This document shows positions 9,359 through 19,224 of a DNA stretch of 64,000 nucleotides, in pieces. A program made the translations under genes and the position numbers. Source of the DNA: Flavobacteriales bacterium (GTDB taxonomy: Bacteria; Bacteroidota; Bacteroidia; Flavobacteriales_F; PHOS-HE28); assembly GCA_046595075.1 (NCBI GenBank), contig JBKJPT010000164.1:4216-68215 (forward strand), in the 5' to 3' direction. The notes under the pieces are model-generated. The model searched no databases and was not told the DNA's origin. It worked only from the letters and a program-made list of their open reading frames with translations. How positions within the stretch are numbered: the first letter of the stretch is position 1; each line of letters starts with the position of its first letter.

Positions 9359-10702
9359 CTAGGAGGCCCGGTGGAAACGCCAGAACGTGCCTATACCCTT
9401 CACCATGAGGCCGAGGTTCTCGCGCATCCTTGGAACGAAGAGATCGAGCAGGAAGATCTGCACGAAGAAGGAGATCATCGCGGCATAGAGGGCACCAATG
9501 GAGAGGAACTTCGGAATGAGCAGGTAGTTGACACCGATGTTCACCGCAGCACCGACCACTGCGGTGAAGAGCGAATACTTGAACAGGCTCTCGTTGATTA
9601 TGAAGCAACCCTTCGCCGTGCCCATGTTGGTGAAGAACAAGCGTACGGCGAAGAGCGAAAGGAGAAAACCCGCGGGCTTGTACTCGGGCCCGAAGAAATA
9701 CACGATCAACGGTTCAGCCGTGAAATAGATCGGCACTGCCACCAAGAGGAAGAGCAGGAACATGAGGCGGTAAAGATTCAACAGCCTATCGGTGTAGAGC
9801 GCATGGCTGTGGGCCTTTGCCTTGGTGATAGCAGGTGCCAACGATCTTTTCACGATATCCGGCAGGAAACCGAGCGCTTCGATCATGCGCAGGGCCACTG
9901 AGAACTGTCCCACTTCAGCGAACGCCAGTGCTTCGCCCTTGACCTTGGTCAGCAGGTCCTTGATCATCACTTGATCGACGCGGGCTTGCACATAAATAGC
10001 CATTCCGTACACGAGCATGGGCCATGATTCGCTCAGCAGATGACCGGTCATAGCCCGCGTTGCACGCCACTCCCGCCAGTGGCCGCCCGATCTTTTGAAC
10101 GCAAGCAAATAAGCCAATGCGACGACCGTGTTCTCCACCACATAGGTCCACGCGAACCAATGAAGTGCCTGTGGTGCTGTCAGCAGGCCGAAGTGCATGG
10201 CGCCTATGATCGCGAACTTGACCATTGAACTGCTCAGTACTCCCACCATTTGGACCTTCACCGCCTTTCTAGCCTTCATCTCGGACATGAACCAGTGATC
10301 GATCACCGTGAACGGGCGCAACAGCTCCGCAAAGGCGATGACCGTAACGAGCATCACCGAAATGTGGTCCATACCCTTTAGCAATGATCCCGCAACGGCC
10401 AATATGATGATGAGCGCGGAACCGACCAGTTTGATGATCGCCGCAGAGCCCATGAGTTCATTGCGCTTCGCGGGCCTGCTCACCATTTCGCGGACCAGGA
10501 TATCATCGATACCCGCTTGGCCCAGTGCGAAGAACAGGCCCACGAAACCCGTGGCGTAGTTCAGTTGCCCGAAGAGCGTGCCGCCCAATGAACGGGCAAC
10601 GAAAATGCCTGTAAAGAGCACCACTGCCAGGCGCAGCACACGCTCCACGAAAAGCCACGAAACGCTATTGAGGACCTTACGTGCGCCTTCGGAGCGGATC
10701 AT
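9359..10702 (-). CDS. wzx: oligosaccharide flippase Wzx (MOP/polysaccharide biosynthesis protein family)
   Basis: 447 aa, about 12 predicted TM segments, N-terminal ...WLFVERVLRLAVVLFTGIFVARSLG typical of Wzx flippases. Confidence 0.75.
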   Translation of the reverse strand: MIRSEGARKVLNSVSWLFVERVLRLAVVLFTGIFVARSLGGTLFGQLNYATGFVGLFFALGQAGIDDILVREMVSRPAKRNELMGSAAIIKLVGSALIIILAVAGSLLKGMDHISVMLVTVIAFAELLRPFTVIDHWFMSEMKARKAVKVQMVGVLSSSMVKFAIIGAMHFGLLTAPQALHWFAWTYVVENTVVALAYLLAFKRSGGHWREWRATRAMTGHLLSESWPMLVYGMAIYVQARVDQVMIKDLLTKVKGEALAFAEVGQFSVALRMIEALGFLPDIVKRSLAPAITKAKAHSHALYTDRLLNLYRLMFLLFLLVAVPIYFTAEPLIVYFFGPEYKPAGFLLSLFAVRLFFTNMGTAKGCFIINESLFKYSLFTAVVGAAVNIGVNYLLIPKFLSIGALYAAMISFFVQIFLLDLFVPRMRENLGLMVKGIGTFWRFHRAS

Positions 10703-10718
10703 CCGTTCGTTGGCCGTG

Positions 10719-13052
10719 CTACGTGGTGTAGTAACCGTAGCCCTCGGGCTTGTCGCTCTTCACGTCGTTCAGCAGCAGGTCCACACGACCCACCTTGCCG
10801 GCCTGCACCAGCTCGTTGATCAGGCGCATGGCACCCCGGCGGGTGCGGCGCTCGCGCACCACGTACAGGCTCACGTCCAAGTGGCCCATGAGCACCACGA
10901 ACTCGCTCACCAGACCGATCGGCGACGCGTCCACGATGATGTGATCGTAACGCTGGCGCAGTGTGGCCATCAGTTCGGTCATGCGCGGGTTCTCGGCCAG
11001 TTCCGAAGGATTGGGTGGAATGGGTCCGGCGCTGATCATGTCCAAGCCAGGCACATCGGTGCGGCGCATCACGCCATCCAATTGTGCTTCACCTATGAGC
11101 AGGGTGCTGAGGCCGGGGCCGTCTTCCAAACCGAGCGTACGCGCCACGTTAGGTCGGCGCATGTCGGCATCCACGATCACCACCTTCTTGCCCCCCAGCG
11201 CCAACACGGTGCTCAGGTTCACAGCGCAGAATGTCTTGCCCTCGCCACTGCTGCTGCTGGTAAAGCCGATCACCTGCCGTGGTGCATCGGCGTTGAAGTA
11301 CTGCAGGTTGATACGAACCGTGCGGAAGGCCTCGGCGAGCATGCTCTTGGGCTCGTCGGCGGTAATGCGTTTGCGTTTGCTCGCAGGTATCATGCCCAGC
11401 AACGGCAGGTTGGTGGCGCGCTTCAGATCATCCAGATCGTTCACCGTGTCATTGAAGAAGTCGCGGCCTAGGATGAAGGCGATGGGGATGAGCAGCCCTA
11501 GCAGGAGCGCTCCAGCGAGCACCACTTTCTTGTCGGGTCCGATGGCGTCGCCCCCTTCGATCCGAGCTTCGTCCACGACGTGCTTGTCCACCTCATCGCT
11601 GGCGATTGCAATACCCGCTTCGGCACGCTTCTCCATGAGGTAGGTGTAAAGGTCCTCGCTGAGTTTGAACTTGCGGGTGCTCACGCCGAGGCGGCGCTCT
11701 TCTTCGGGCATCTGCCCCAGTTGGAAGGAGATGTTGCCGATGCGCGAGTTGATCTCACTATACGCGATGTCGGCCTGTTGCTGGATGTTCTGCGCGGTCT
11801 GCTCCAACTGTCCCAGCAGGTTCTTGCGCCTGCGCTGCATGGCCATCGCCGCGGGGTTGGTGCGCGAACCGGTCGATACCGATTGCGCATCGATCTCGGC
11901 GGTGAGACGACTGATCTCGATGATCAGGTTGTTGAGCGCTGGTTCATCGAAACCGGTGGGTGGTGGGAAATCACGCACATCGTCCGAGGAACGCAGGCGT
12001 TGTATGATGGAGGCGCAATACGTGCGGCGCGTGCTGATCCGTGATCGTTCGTCCTGCAATCGGCTCTTCTCCTGTAACAACGCCTCGACCGCACCTGCTG
12101 AACTACCCAGCACCGGGCTGTTGCCACGGTTGTTCTCCAACTCCTGCTCGGCTTCTTCGAGCGAAACAGAGACGGTATCCACCTGCTTGTCTATGAAGTC
12201 GATGGTGCGGATCCCCTTCTGTTGTTGCTTGTGCAGTTCCCACGCGATGTAGGTCTCCATCAGTTTGTTGATGAAGGCGACCTCCTTTGTAGGTACGGGT
12301 CCGGTGAGGCTCAGCTTCACGATGTGGCCATCGTCCTCGGGCATTTCCACGCCCAATCGCGTGCTGTAGTTCATGAACTGCGCTTCCAAGCTGTTGATCT
12401 TGAAGAAGTAGTCGCTGCCCTTCTCATACTCACGGTCCTCAGGGAAGACGATCTTGAAGTTGAGGTGATCACCGCTGAAGGCCTCGCCGATCTTGCGCGT
12501 CTCGTCCAACTTGTAATTGCCGATGAAGTCGTCCATCAGCTCTTGCGTCTGCACGTTGTACAACCGCACGTTCTCGCCTTTGGCGGTGATGCGGTAGGTG
12601 CCAGCGGTGCGATCCACCTTCACGTGCACGGGCACGCTGGTGATGACCACGGCAGCGGTATCGAGCACCACACGGAACGGCGGGTATTCGTACCGCTCGT
12701 TGGTCATGAAGTTCTTGGTCTCGTAGTATGTTACTCCGAAATCCAGGCGCTGCAACGTTTTCAGCATGTTGCTCCGCGATGTCATCAGCGCGATGTCGTC
12801 CTCCAGTTGCGAACTGGCCTTCCCCAAAGACATGCCCTTGAGAAAATCCTCCTTTTGCCCGAAGCCGTTCTTGCTGCCCTCACCCATGAGCATTTTGGCT
12901 TGCACCAAGTAGCTCTTCGGGGTCACCTTCAGGTAGGCAACGCCGCAGACACCGGCAATGGTGCAGGTGATCACGAACCACCACCAGCGCGCGAGCAGCT
13001 TCTTTACGATCGCGCGCAGGTCGATGATGTCAGCAGCTGGGGTGGTGGCCAT
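10719..13052 (-). CDS. wzc: polysaccharide co-polymerase / tyrosine autokinase Wzc (GumC-like chain-length determinant + BY-kinase)
   Basis: 777 aa. N-terminal TM plus periplasmic coiled-coil region. C-terminal P-loop kinase domain (SSSGEGKTFCAVNLSTVLALGGKKVVIVDADMRRP) and a Tyr-rich tail (EGYGYYTT). Confidence 0.85.
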   Translation of the reverse strand: MATTPAADIIDLRAIVKKLLARWWWFVITCTIAGVCGVAYLKVTPKSYLVQAKMLMGEGSKNGFGQKEDFLKGMSLGKASSQLEDDIALMTSRSNMLKTLQRLDFGVTYYETKNFMTNERYEYPPFRVVLDTAAVVITSVPVHVKVDRTAGTYRITAKGENVRLYNVQTQELMDDFIGNYKLDETRKIGEAFSGDHLNFKIVFPEDREYEKGSDYFFKINSLEAQFMNYSTRLGVEMPEDDGHIVKLSLTGPVPTKEVAFINKLMETYIAWELHKQQQKGIRTIDFIDKQVDTVSVSLEEAEQELENNRGNSPVLGSSAGAVEALLQEKSRLQDERSRISTRRTYCASIIQRLRSSDDVRDFPPPTGFDEPALNNLIIEISRLTAEIDAQSVSTGSRTNPAAMAMQRRRKNLLGQLEQTAQNIQQQADIAYSEINSRIGNISFQLGQMPEEERRLGVSTRKFKLSEDLYTYLMEKRAEAGIAIASDEVDKHVVDEARIEGGDAIGPDKKVVLAGALLLGLLIPIAFILGRDFFNDTVNDLDDLKRATNLPLLGMIPASKRKRITADEPKSMLAEAFRTVRINLQYFNADAPRQVIGFTSSSSGEGKTFCAVNLSTVLALGGKKVVIVDADMRRPNVARTLGLEDGPGLSTLLIGEAQLDGVMRRTDVPGLDMISAGPIPPNPSELAENPRMTELMATLRQRYDHIIVDASPIGLVSEFVVLMGHLDVSLYVVRERRTRRGAMRLINELVQAGKVGRVDLLLNDVKSDKPEGYGYYTT

Positions 13053-13055
13053 ACG

Positions 13056-13892
13056 CTATGGTTTGCTGTTCTGGATCACGGTGAAGACCACCGCCGCGGT
13101 GCTCAAGGTGGCGAGGAGAATGGAGAACACCTCCAGATTCAAGCGAGTACTGCGCGCGCGCATTGCAGGAACATACACAATGTCATTGGGCAGCAAATAG
13201 TAGTACTCGCTGCGCAGCACCTCGGTGGTGCTCAGGTCCACATACAGCGCTTGTACGCCGCGATCGCTCTGTCGCATCAGTGTCACGTGGCTCTTGTCCG
13301 CGAACTCGTTGGGGCCACCAGCCAGGGCGAGCGCATCAAGGATCGTGATCTGGTTGCTGTACACCATGTATGCGCCGGGGCGGGAAATGTTGCCCAGCAC
13401 GCTCACACGCCAGTTCACCATTTTGAGGATCACGGTAGCGAACGGGAAGTACTCGGCGATCTTCTTCTGTACCAGGTCCTGGGCTTCACCCACGGTGAGG
13501 CCCTGCAATTTCATTTTACCGGCCTGCGGCAAATGGATCTGCCCGTTCTTGTCCACACTGAAACCGTTCACGAACAGGCCCGCATCGCTGATCATGGTCG
13601 AACCCTGCTGTGATTCCACGTTGAACTGGCGGTGCTGTTCGTCCTGCAAGCCCAGTACCCGTATGCTCAGCACATCGTTCACTTGAATGCGGTACTCGAA
13701 CTTCTGGTTCTCGAACAACTTGCTCGCGCCGGGCGTGAGCGACGGATCGTTGAGGTAGTTGATGTTGCGGCGGCCAACGCATGAACCCAAAAGCAGCAAC
13801 AGGCCCAGGGCCAGAAAGTAGAAAGAGCGTGATCGCATCAGTTGGGGCTTGGAACGCCGCGTAACGGGGTAAGCGTATTTGGGCAGCGGCAC
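13056..13892 (-). CDS. wza: outer-membrane polysaccharide export protein Wza
   Basis: 278 aa. Lipoprotein-like signal (LLLLLGSC). Poly_export/SLBB-type sequence (LSIRVLGLQDEQ..., GNISRPGAYMV). Confidence 0.8.
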   Translation of the reverse strand: MPLPKYAYPVTRRSKPQLMRSRSFYFLALGLLLLLGSCVGRRNINYLNDPSLTPGASKLFENQKFEYRIQVNDVLSIRVLGLQDEQHRQFNVESQQGSTMISDAGLFVNGFSVDKNGQIHLPQAGKMKLQGLTVGEAQDLVQKKIAEYFPFATVILKMVNWRVSVLGNISRPGAYMVYSNQITILDALALAGGPNEFADKSHVTLMRQSDRGVQALYVDLSTTEVLRSEYYYLLPNDIVYVPAMRARSTRLNLEVFSILLATLSTAAVVFTVIQNSKP

Positions 13893-13990
13893 GGCCGAAA
13901 GATAGCGGGGGTGGCTACGAACGCCGATCCACAGCGACGAACGCCTTTCAACGATCGGTGGTGGTTATCACAGCAGCGACGATGGGCGGC

Positions 13991-15214
13991 TCAACCCTTC
14001 AACACATTGCGGCTGATCACGATACGCTGCACCTCGCTGGTGCCCTCATAGATCTGCGTGATCTTGGCATCGCGCATCAGGCGTTCCACGTGGTACTCCT
14101 TCACATAACCATAGCCACCATGTACCTGCACGGCTTCCACGGTGGTGCGCATGGCCACCTCGCTGGAGAAGACCTTCGCCATGGCGCTGGCCTGGTCGTA
14201 GTTCAAGTGTTGGTCCTTCAGCCAAGCGGCTTTGAGGCATAGCAGGCGGGCGGCTTCGATCTCCGTGGCCATATCGGCGAGTTTGAAGGCGATGGCCTGA
14301 TGCTCGCAGATCGGCTTGCCGAAAGCCTTGCGCTCCTTGCTGTACGCCAGTGCGAGTTCATACGCGCCGCTGGCGATGCCCAGTGCTTGTGAAGCGATGC
14401 CGATACGGCCTCCGCTCAACGTCTTCATAGCGAAGGTGAAGCCGAAACCATCGGCACCGATGCGGTTCTCCTTGGGCACTTTCACATCCTGGAACATGAG
14501 CGTGTGCGTGTCGCTGCCGCGAATGCCCAACTTGTCTTCCTTGGCGCCCACCACGAAACCGGGCATGCCCTTCTCCACGATCAAGCAGTTGATGCCTTTG
14601 TGGCCCTTTGCTGCATCGGTCTGCGCCATCACCAAATAGGTGCTGGCTGTGCCGCCGTTGGTGATCCAGTTCTTAGTGCCATTGAGCAAATAGTGATCGC
14701 CCATGTCGATCGCCGTGGTGCGCTGGCTGGTGGCATCGCTGCCGGCTTCGGGTTCGCTCAAGCAGAACGCGCCGATCACTTCGCCCTTGGCGAGAGGCAC
14801 TAGGTACTTGCGCTTCTGTTCTTCATTTGCGAACTGCTCCAGGCCCCAGCACACGAGGCTGTTGTTCACGCTCATCACCACGCTCGCGCTCGCATCGATC
14901 TTGCTGATCTCTTCCATGGCCAGCACGTAGCTGATGGTGTCCATGCCACCACCGCCGTACTCGGGGCTCACCATCATGCCCAGGAAACCGAGCTCGCCCA
15001 GTTGCTTGATCTCGTCCTTGGGGAAGCGCTGCTCCCGATCGCGATCGATCACACCGGGCTTAAGCACGTTCTGCGCGAAATCGCGGGCGGCATCACGCAC
15101 TGCGATCTGCTCTTCACTGAGTTCGAAGTTGAGTCCGGCGAGGGTAGCGGTGTCTTGCATGGTGGTGAGATCCCGGGTCAAGCCCGGGAGGGGCGCCAAA
15201 AGTAGCCGATACAT
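13991..15214 (-). CDS. acyl-CoA dehydrogenase
   Basis: Clear ACAD family sequence (…GFLGMMVSPEYGGGGMDTISYVLAMEEISK…, C-terminal QIYEGTSEVQRIVISR). The likely true start is the internal M of MQDTATLAG (about 15160). Confidence 0.9.
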   Translation of the reverse strand: MYRLLLAPLPGLTRDLTTMQDTATLAGLNFELSEEQIAVRDAARDFAQNVLKPGVIDRDREQRFPKDEIKQLGELGFLGMMVSPEYGGGGMDTISYVLAMEEISKIDASASVVMSVNNSLVCWGLEQFANEEQKRKYLVPLAKGEVIGAFCLSEPEAGSDATSQRTTAIDMGDHYLLNGTKNWITNGGTASTYLVMAQTDAAKGHKGINCLIVEKGMPGFVVGAKEDKLGIRGSDTHTLMFQDVKVPKENRIGADGFGFTFAMKTLSGGRIGIASQALGIASGAYELALAYSKERKAFGKPICEHQAIAFKLADMATEIEAARLLCLKAAWLKDQHLNYDQASAMAKVFSSEVAMRTTVEAVQVHGGYGYVKEYHVERLMRDAKITQIYEGTSEVQRIVISRNVLKG

Positions 15215-15225
15215 TCGCCCACACT

Positions 15226-16308
15226 ATGCCAAAGACAAAGAGGAAGAATACTTCGCGCACCGACCGCTACCGCGTGATCGGCGTCATGAGCGGCAGCTCG
15301 TTGGACGGGCTGGATCTGGCGCTTTGCACCTTGGAGAAAGGGCGCACGGGCTGGACCTATGCCATGGAGAAGGCCCGCACGGTGCCTTATGCACCCATGG
15401 TCCGCGAAATGTTGTCTCAACTCATGCATGGGAACGCACAGCAATTGGCCGGCATGCACGTACATCTGGGCGAATTCATCGGCAAGGAATGCAAGAAACT
15501 CATGAGCGGTAAGGTGGACCTTATCGCTTCGCACGGCCACACCATCTTCCACCAGCCAAGAGCATCCTTCACTACACAGATCGGTTCAGGTGCGAGCATC
15601 GCGGCCATCACCGGCATTACCACAGTGTGCGACTTCCGCAGCACTGATATGGCCTTGGGCGGCCAAGGCGCTCCGCTCGTCCCGCTCGGGGAGAAGTTGC
15701 TCTTCCAGCATTACAGGGCGTTTCTCAACATCGGCGGCATCTGCAACATCGCCTTGCACGCACCCACACGCGTAACGGGTTACGATGTGTGCATTGGCAA
15801 CCAAGCGCTCGACCACCTCGCACAACAAAGCGGAGCGGCCTACGACAAAGGAGGCAAGTTGGCTTCCACTGGCAAGGTGGATCCCGAACTCTTGAAGCGA
15901 CTGAACGCCCTCCCCTTCCATAAGCAAGCGCCACCGCGATCACTCGGTCGCGAGTGGTTCGCCAGCGACGTGCGGCCCTTGATCGACAACGATCAGATCC
16001 CATTGGCCGATCGCCTATGTACGGTGGTGGAACACATCGCCCAGCAGCTGGGCCCCGCCCTGCGCAATGCGCGTACGCCTGTCCTCGTCACTGGCGGCGG
16101 CGCGCACAACACCTACCTCATTGCGCGGCTGCGTGCGCATGCGCGCGCCGAGATCCTTGTACCAGATCGCACCGTGGTGAACTACAAGGAAGCGTTGGTG
16201 TTCGCCCTGCTGGGCGTGCTGCGCATGCGGAGCGAGGTGAACGCGCTGGCGAGCGTAACGGGCGCGAGGCGGGATAGCGTGGGCGGGGCGGTTTATTTGC
16301 CCAATTAA
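15226..16308 (+). CDS. anmK: anhydro-N-acetylmuramic acid kinase
   Basis: VIGVMSGSSLDGLDLAL N-terminal motif plus the rest of the AnmK family. 360 aa. The start codon is uncertain (possible short N-terminal extension). Confidence 0.85.
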   Translation: MPKTKRKNTSRTDRYRVIGVMSGSSLDGLDLALCTLEKGRTGWTYAMEKARTVPYAPMVREMLSQLMHGNAQQLAGMHVHLGEFIGKECKKLMSGKVDLIASHGHTIFHQPRASFTTQIGSGASIAAITGITTVCDFRSTDMALGGQGAPLVPLGEKLLFQHYRAFLNIGGICNIALHAPTRVTGYDVCIGNQALDHLAQQSGAAYDKGGKLASTGKVDPELLKRLNALPFHKQAPPRSLGREWFASDVRPLIDNDQIPLADRLCTVVEHIAQQLGPALRNARTPVLVTGGGAHNTYLIARLRAHARAEILVPDRTVVNYKEALVFALLGVLRMRSEVNALASVTGARRDSVGGAVYLPN

Positions 16309-16390
16309 CAGCCAGCTTTGATAACCTGCTCAACGCGTTCCGGACCCGCGGAATGCACGCGGTTACATTCGCCCCGACCCCGAACAGGAA

Positions 16391-17617
16391 GTGATGCGTG
16401 ATGCCCTGAAGCGCTTTGAAGAGCGCGCGCCCGAGATCGTCTTCGAGTGGACCGACGCGCCCACCGGTGCGCGGGGCTGGGTGGTGATCAACAGTTTGAG
16501 GGGTGGCGCAGCAGGCGGTGGTACGCGCATGCGCAAGGGCCTCGATCGTCGCGAAGTGGAGAGCCTAGCCAAGACCATGGAGGTGAAGTTCAGCGTCTGC
16601 GGGCCGCCCATCGGTGGTGCCAAGAGCGGCATCGACTTCGACCCCGCCGATCCGCGCAAGCGCGAAGTGCTGGACCGCTGGTACAAGGCCGTGATGCCGC
16701 TGCTGAAGAACTACTACGGCACGGGCGGTGATCTGAACGTGGATGAACTGCACGATGTAATCCCCATTACGGAGCGCTATGGCCTGCGCCACCCGCAAGA
16801 AGGTGTGGTGAATGGGCACATCGGTAGCGAAGAAGGACCGAAGACCAAGGCGATCGAGCAACTGCGCACCGGCGTGAGCAAGATCGTGGACGATCTGAAC
16901 TACGTGCCGGTTGCGGGGAAGTACGCCGTGGCTGACATGATCACTGGCTGGGGCGTTGCCGAAAGTGTCCGGCACTACTACAGCATCTATGGCGGTGATC
17001 TTAGCGGGAAACGCGTGATCGTGCAAGGCTGGGGCAATGTGGGCGCAGCAGCAGGCTACTACCTCAACCGTGCAGGAGCGCGCATCGTGGGGGTCATTGA
17101 TCTCGTGGGTGGCGTCCTCAAGCCCGAGGGTCTTTCCGCAGATGAAGTACGCAATGCTTTCATGCAGAAAGTGGGCAACGCCTTGAACGTATCGGGCATG
17201 GTGCCCTTTACCGAAGTGAACGAACGCATATGGGACATGGGCGCGGAGATCTTTCTGCCTTGTGCCGCCAGCCGGTTGCTCACCACGGACCAAGTGGACC
17301 GCATGGCAGGGAGCGGCCTTGAAGTGATCAGTAGCGGTGCCAACGTGCCCTTTGCCGATCCGCAGATCTTCTACGGCCCCATTGCCGAGCATGCCGATGG
17401 TCGTGTGAGCGTGATCCCCGATTTCATCGCCAACTGCGGCATGGCGCGTGTGTTCGCCTATTGCATGCAACCCGGCAACGCCCTTAGCGACGCCGCCATC
17501 TTCAACGATGTGAGCAACACTATCGCAAGCGCGTTGCAGCGCACACATGCACGTCACGCATCCCGCACGCACCTAACCCGGACCGGTTTCGAGATCGCAC
17601 TCGCACAGCTCAACTGA
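16391..17617 (+). CDS. Glu/Leu/Phe/Val dehydrogenase family protein (glutamate dehydrogenase-like)
   Basis: 408 aa. PIGGAKSGIDFDP contains the catalytic-Lys motif. C-terminal Rossmann domain (VIVQGWGNVGAAAGYYL). Confidence 0.8.
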   Translation: MMRDALKRFEERAPEIVFEWTDAPTGARGWVVINSLRGGAAGGGTRMRKGLDRREVESLAKTMEVKFSVCGPPIGGAKSGIDFDPADPRKREVLDRWYKAVMPLLKNYYGTGGDLNVDELHDVIPITERYGLRHPQEGVVNGHIGSEEGPKTKAIEQLRTGVSKIVDDLNYVPVAGKYAVADMITGWGVAESVRHYYSIYGGDLSGKRVIVQGWGNVGAAAGYYLNRAGARIVGVIDLVGGVLKPEGLSADEVRNAFMQKVGNALNVSGMVPFTEVNERIWDMGAEIFLPCAASRLLTTDQVDRMAGSGLEVISSGANVPFADPQIFYGPIAEHADGRVSVIPDFIANCGMARVFAYCMQPGNALSDAAIFNDVSNTIASALQRTHARHASRTHLTRTGFEIALAQLN

Positions 17618-17662
17618 CAATTCCACGCACATCAACCGCGTTCAATCCCACACACCGCCATC

Positions 17663-18385
17663 ATGCTCATCGACCTATTCGCACAGATCCAGGAAACCAC
17701 CGACGCCGCGCGCCAATTGGTGGACCAGGCCGTAACCACACCCGTGGTGCCCACCGAGACCACGCTCTCCGTGTGGGAACTGATCAAGATGGGTGGCTGG
17801 TACATCATGGGCCCGCTCGGTCTCATGAGCGTGATCGCTGTGTACATCATCATCGAACGCAGCATGGCCATTCGCCGTGCACTGCGCGATGAGAAGGATT
17901 TCATGGCCAAGATCCGCGACTACATCACAGAAGGGAAACTGGACAGCGCGCGCAACCTATGCCAGACAACCAACACGCCTGTAGCCCGCATGCTGGAGAA
18001 AGGTATCAACCGTATAGGCAAGCCCATGAAGGACATCGAAGTGAGCATAGAGAACCAGGGGAAATTGGAGGTTTACCAGTTGGAGACCGGCATTCCGATC
18101 CTCGCCACCGTAGCCGGCGCCGCGCCCATGCTCGGCTTCCTCGGAACTGTGGTGGGTATGGTGGTCACCTTCCACGTCATGGAAGTGAGCGGCGCGGGTG
18201 TGGAACTGAGTCAACTCAGCGGTGGTATGATGCAGGCCATGATCACCACCGTAGCGGGCCTCATCATCGGGATACCGGCCTACATCGGCTACAACCTGCT
18301 TGTGGCGCGGGTGAACAAGGTGGTGCAGAAGATGGAATCGCGCACCATCGAGTTCATGGAAGTACTGGAGTCTCCGGCGAAGTGA
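17663..18385 (+). CDS. exbB: MotA/TolQ/ExbB proton-channel family protein
   Basis: 240 aa, 3 TM segments, typical ExbB C-terminal half (GFLGTVVGMVVTF...MMQAMITTVAGLIIGIPAYIGYN). Confidence 0.85.
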   Translation: MLIDLFAQIQETTDAARQLVDQAVTTPVVPTETTLSVWELIKMGGWYIMGPLGLMSVIAVYIIIERSMAIRRALRDEKDFMAKIRDYITEGKLDSARNLCQTTNTPVARMLEKGINRIGKPMKDIEVSIENQGKLEVYQLETGIPILATVAGAAPMLGFLGTVVGMVVTFHVMEVSGAGVELSQLSGGMMQAMITTVAGLIIGIPAYIGYNLLVARVNKVVQKMESRTIEFMEVLESPAK

Positions 18386-18395
18386 CCCTACGATC

Positions 18396-18791
18396 GTGAA
18401 CATACGCAGCAGCAATAAGATCGATGCGGGCTTCAGCCTGAGCAGCATGACCGATCTGGTCTTCCTGCTACTGATCTTCTTCGTCATCATCAGTACCATG
18501 GTGAGCCCCACCACATTGCCGGTGGATCTGCCCATAAGCGCCAACAAGACCAAGGAGAAGCCGCAGGTAGGGCTGCGCATCGATGCCGATCAGCGCTTCA
18601 GCGTGAATGACCAGTTGATCGAACCCGCGGACCTCGAAGGTGTACTTCAGGACAAGATCAAGACCGCCGGTGACCGACCCATGCTGGTGCTGCACGTGGA
18701 CCAAACAGTACCTGCCGGGCTCACCGTGGGGGTGCTTGACATCGCCAAGCGCAACAAGTGGAAGGTGATCATCGCCACACGCCCCAAGTAA
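18396..18791 (+). CDS. exbD: biopolymer transporter ExbD/TolR
   Basis: 131 aa, MTDLVFLLLIFFVI N-terminal TM followed by a periplasmic domain. Confidence 0.85.
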   Translation: MNIRSSNKIDAGFSLSSMTDLVFLLLIFFVIISTMVSPTTLPVDLPISANKTKEKPQVGLRIDADQRFSVNDQLIEPADLEGVLQDKIKTAGDRPMLVLHVDQTVPAGLTVGVLDIAKRNKWKVIIATRPK

Positions 18792-18792
18792 A

Positions 18793-19224
18793 ATGCCCAT
18801 TCGCACCACGCATAAGATCGACGCGGGCTTCAGCATGAGCAGCATGACCGACCTGGTCTTTCTGCTACTGATCTTCTTCGTGATCGTGAGCACCATGGTG
18901 AGCCCGTTCGCGTTGCCGGTTGAACTACCCAAAAGCAAGCCGCATGCGAACCGGGAACAACCCAAGGTGGCTGTGCGGCTCGATGCTCCCGGGAGTGCCT
19001 CCATAAATGGCAGGACCGTAGCAGCAGGTGATCTCGAAGCTGCGCTGGGCTCCGCCATGAACCAGTTCGGTACTGACAATGCGGTAGTGCTGCAAGTAGC
19101 GCAAGATGTACCCACCGGTGAAATGGTCACCGTGCTCGACATAGCCAAGCGCAACAAGTGGAAGATCGTGCTCGCATCGGCACCCGTGGCACCGGGTGAG
19201 CCACCAACACAGCCGCAGCCATGA
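18793..19224 (+). CDS. exbD: biopolymer transporter ExbD/TolR (second tandem paralog)
   Basis: 143 aa. N-terminus nearly identical to the preceding ExbD (MPIRTTHKIDAGFSMSSMTDLVFLLLIFFVIVSTMVSP). Confidence 0.85.
   Translation: MPIRTTHKIDAGFSMSSMTDLVFLLLIFFVIVSTMVSPFALPVELPKSKPHANREQPKVAVRLDAPGSASINGRTVAAGDLEAALGSAMNQFGTDNAVVLQVAQDVPTGEMVTVLDIAKRNKWKIVLASAPVAPGEPPTQPQP

Noticed and set aside
12222-13613. 463-aa plus-strand ORF overlapping wzc and wza
   Set aside because: Antisense to two strongly supported genes. The sequence is repetitive Ala/Leu/His/Gly-rich with no motifs.
16565-17572. 335-aa minus-strand ORF antisense to the GDH-like gene. Similar antisense ORFs: 22439..23353, 29549..30568, 31043..32518, 57744..58721, 62043..62861
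   Set aside because: All lie antisense to genes with clear family signatures. All are compositionally biased and have no recognisable domains. They are GC-rich frame artefacts.
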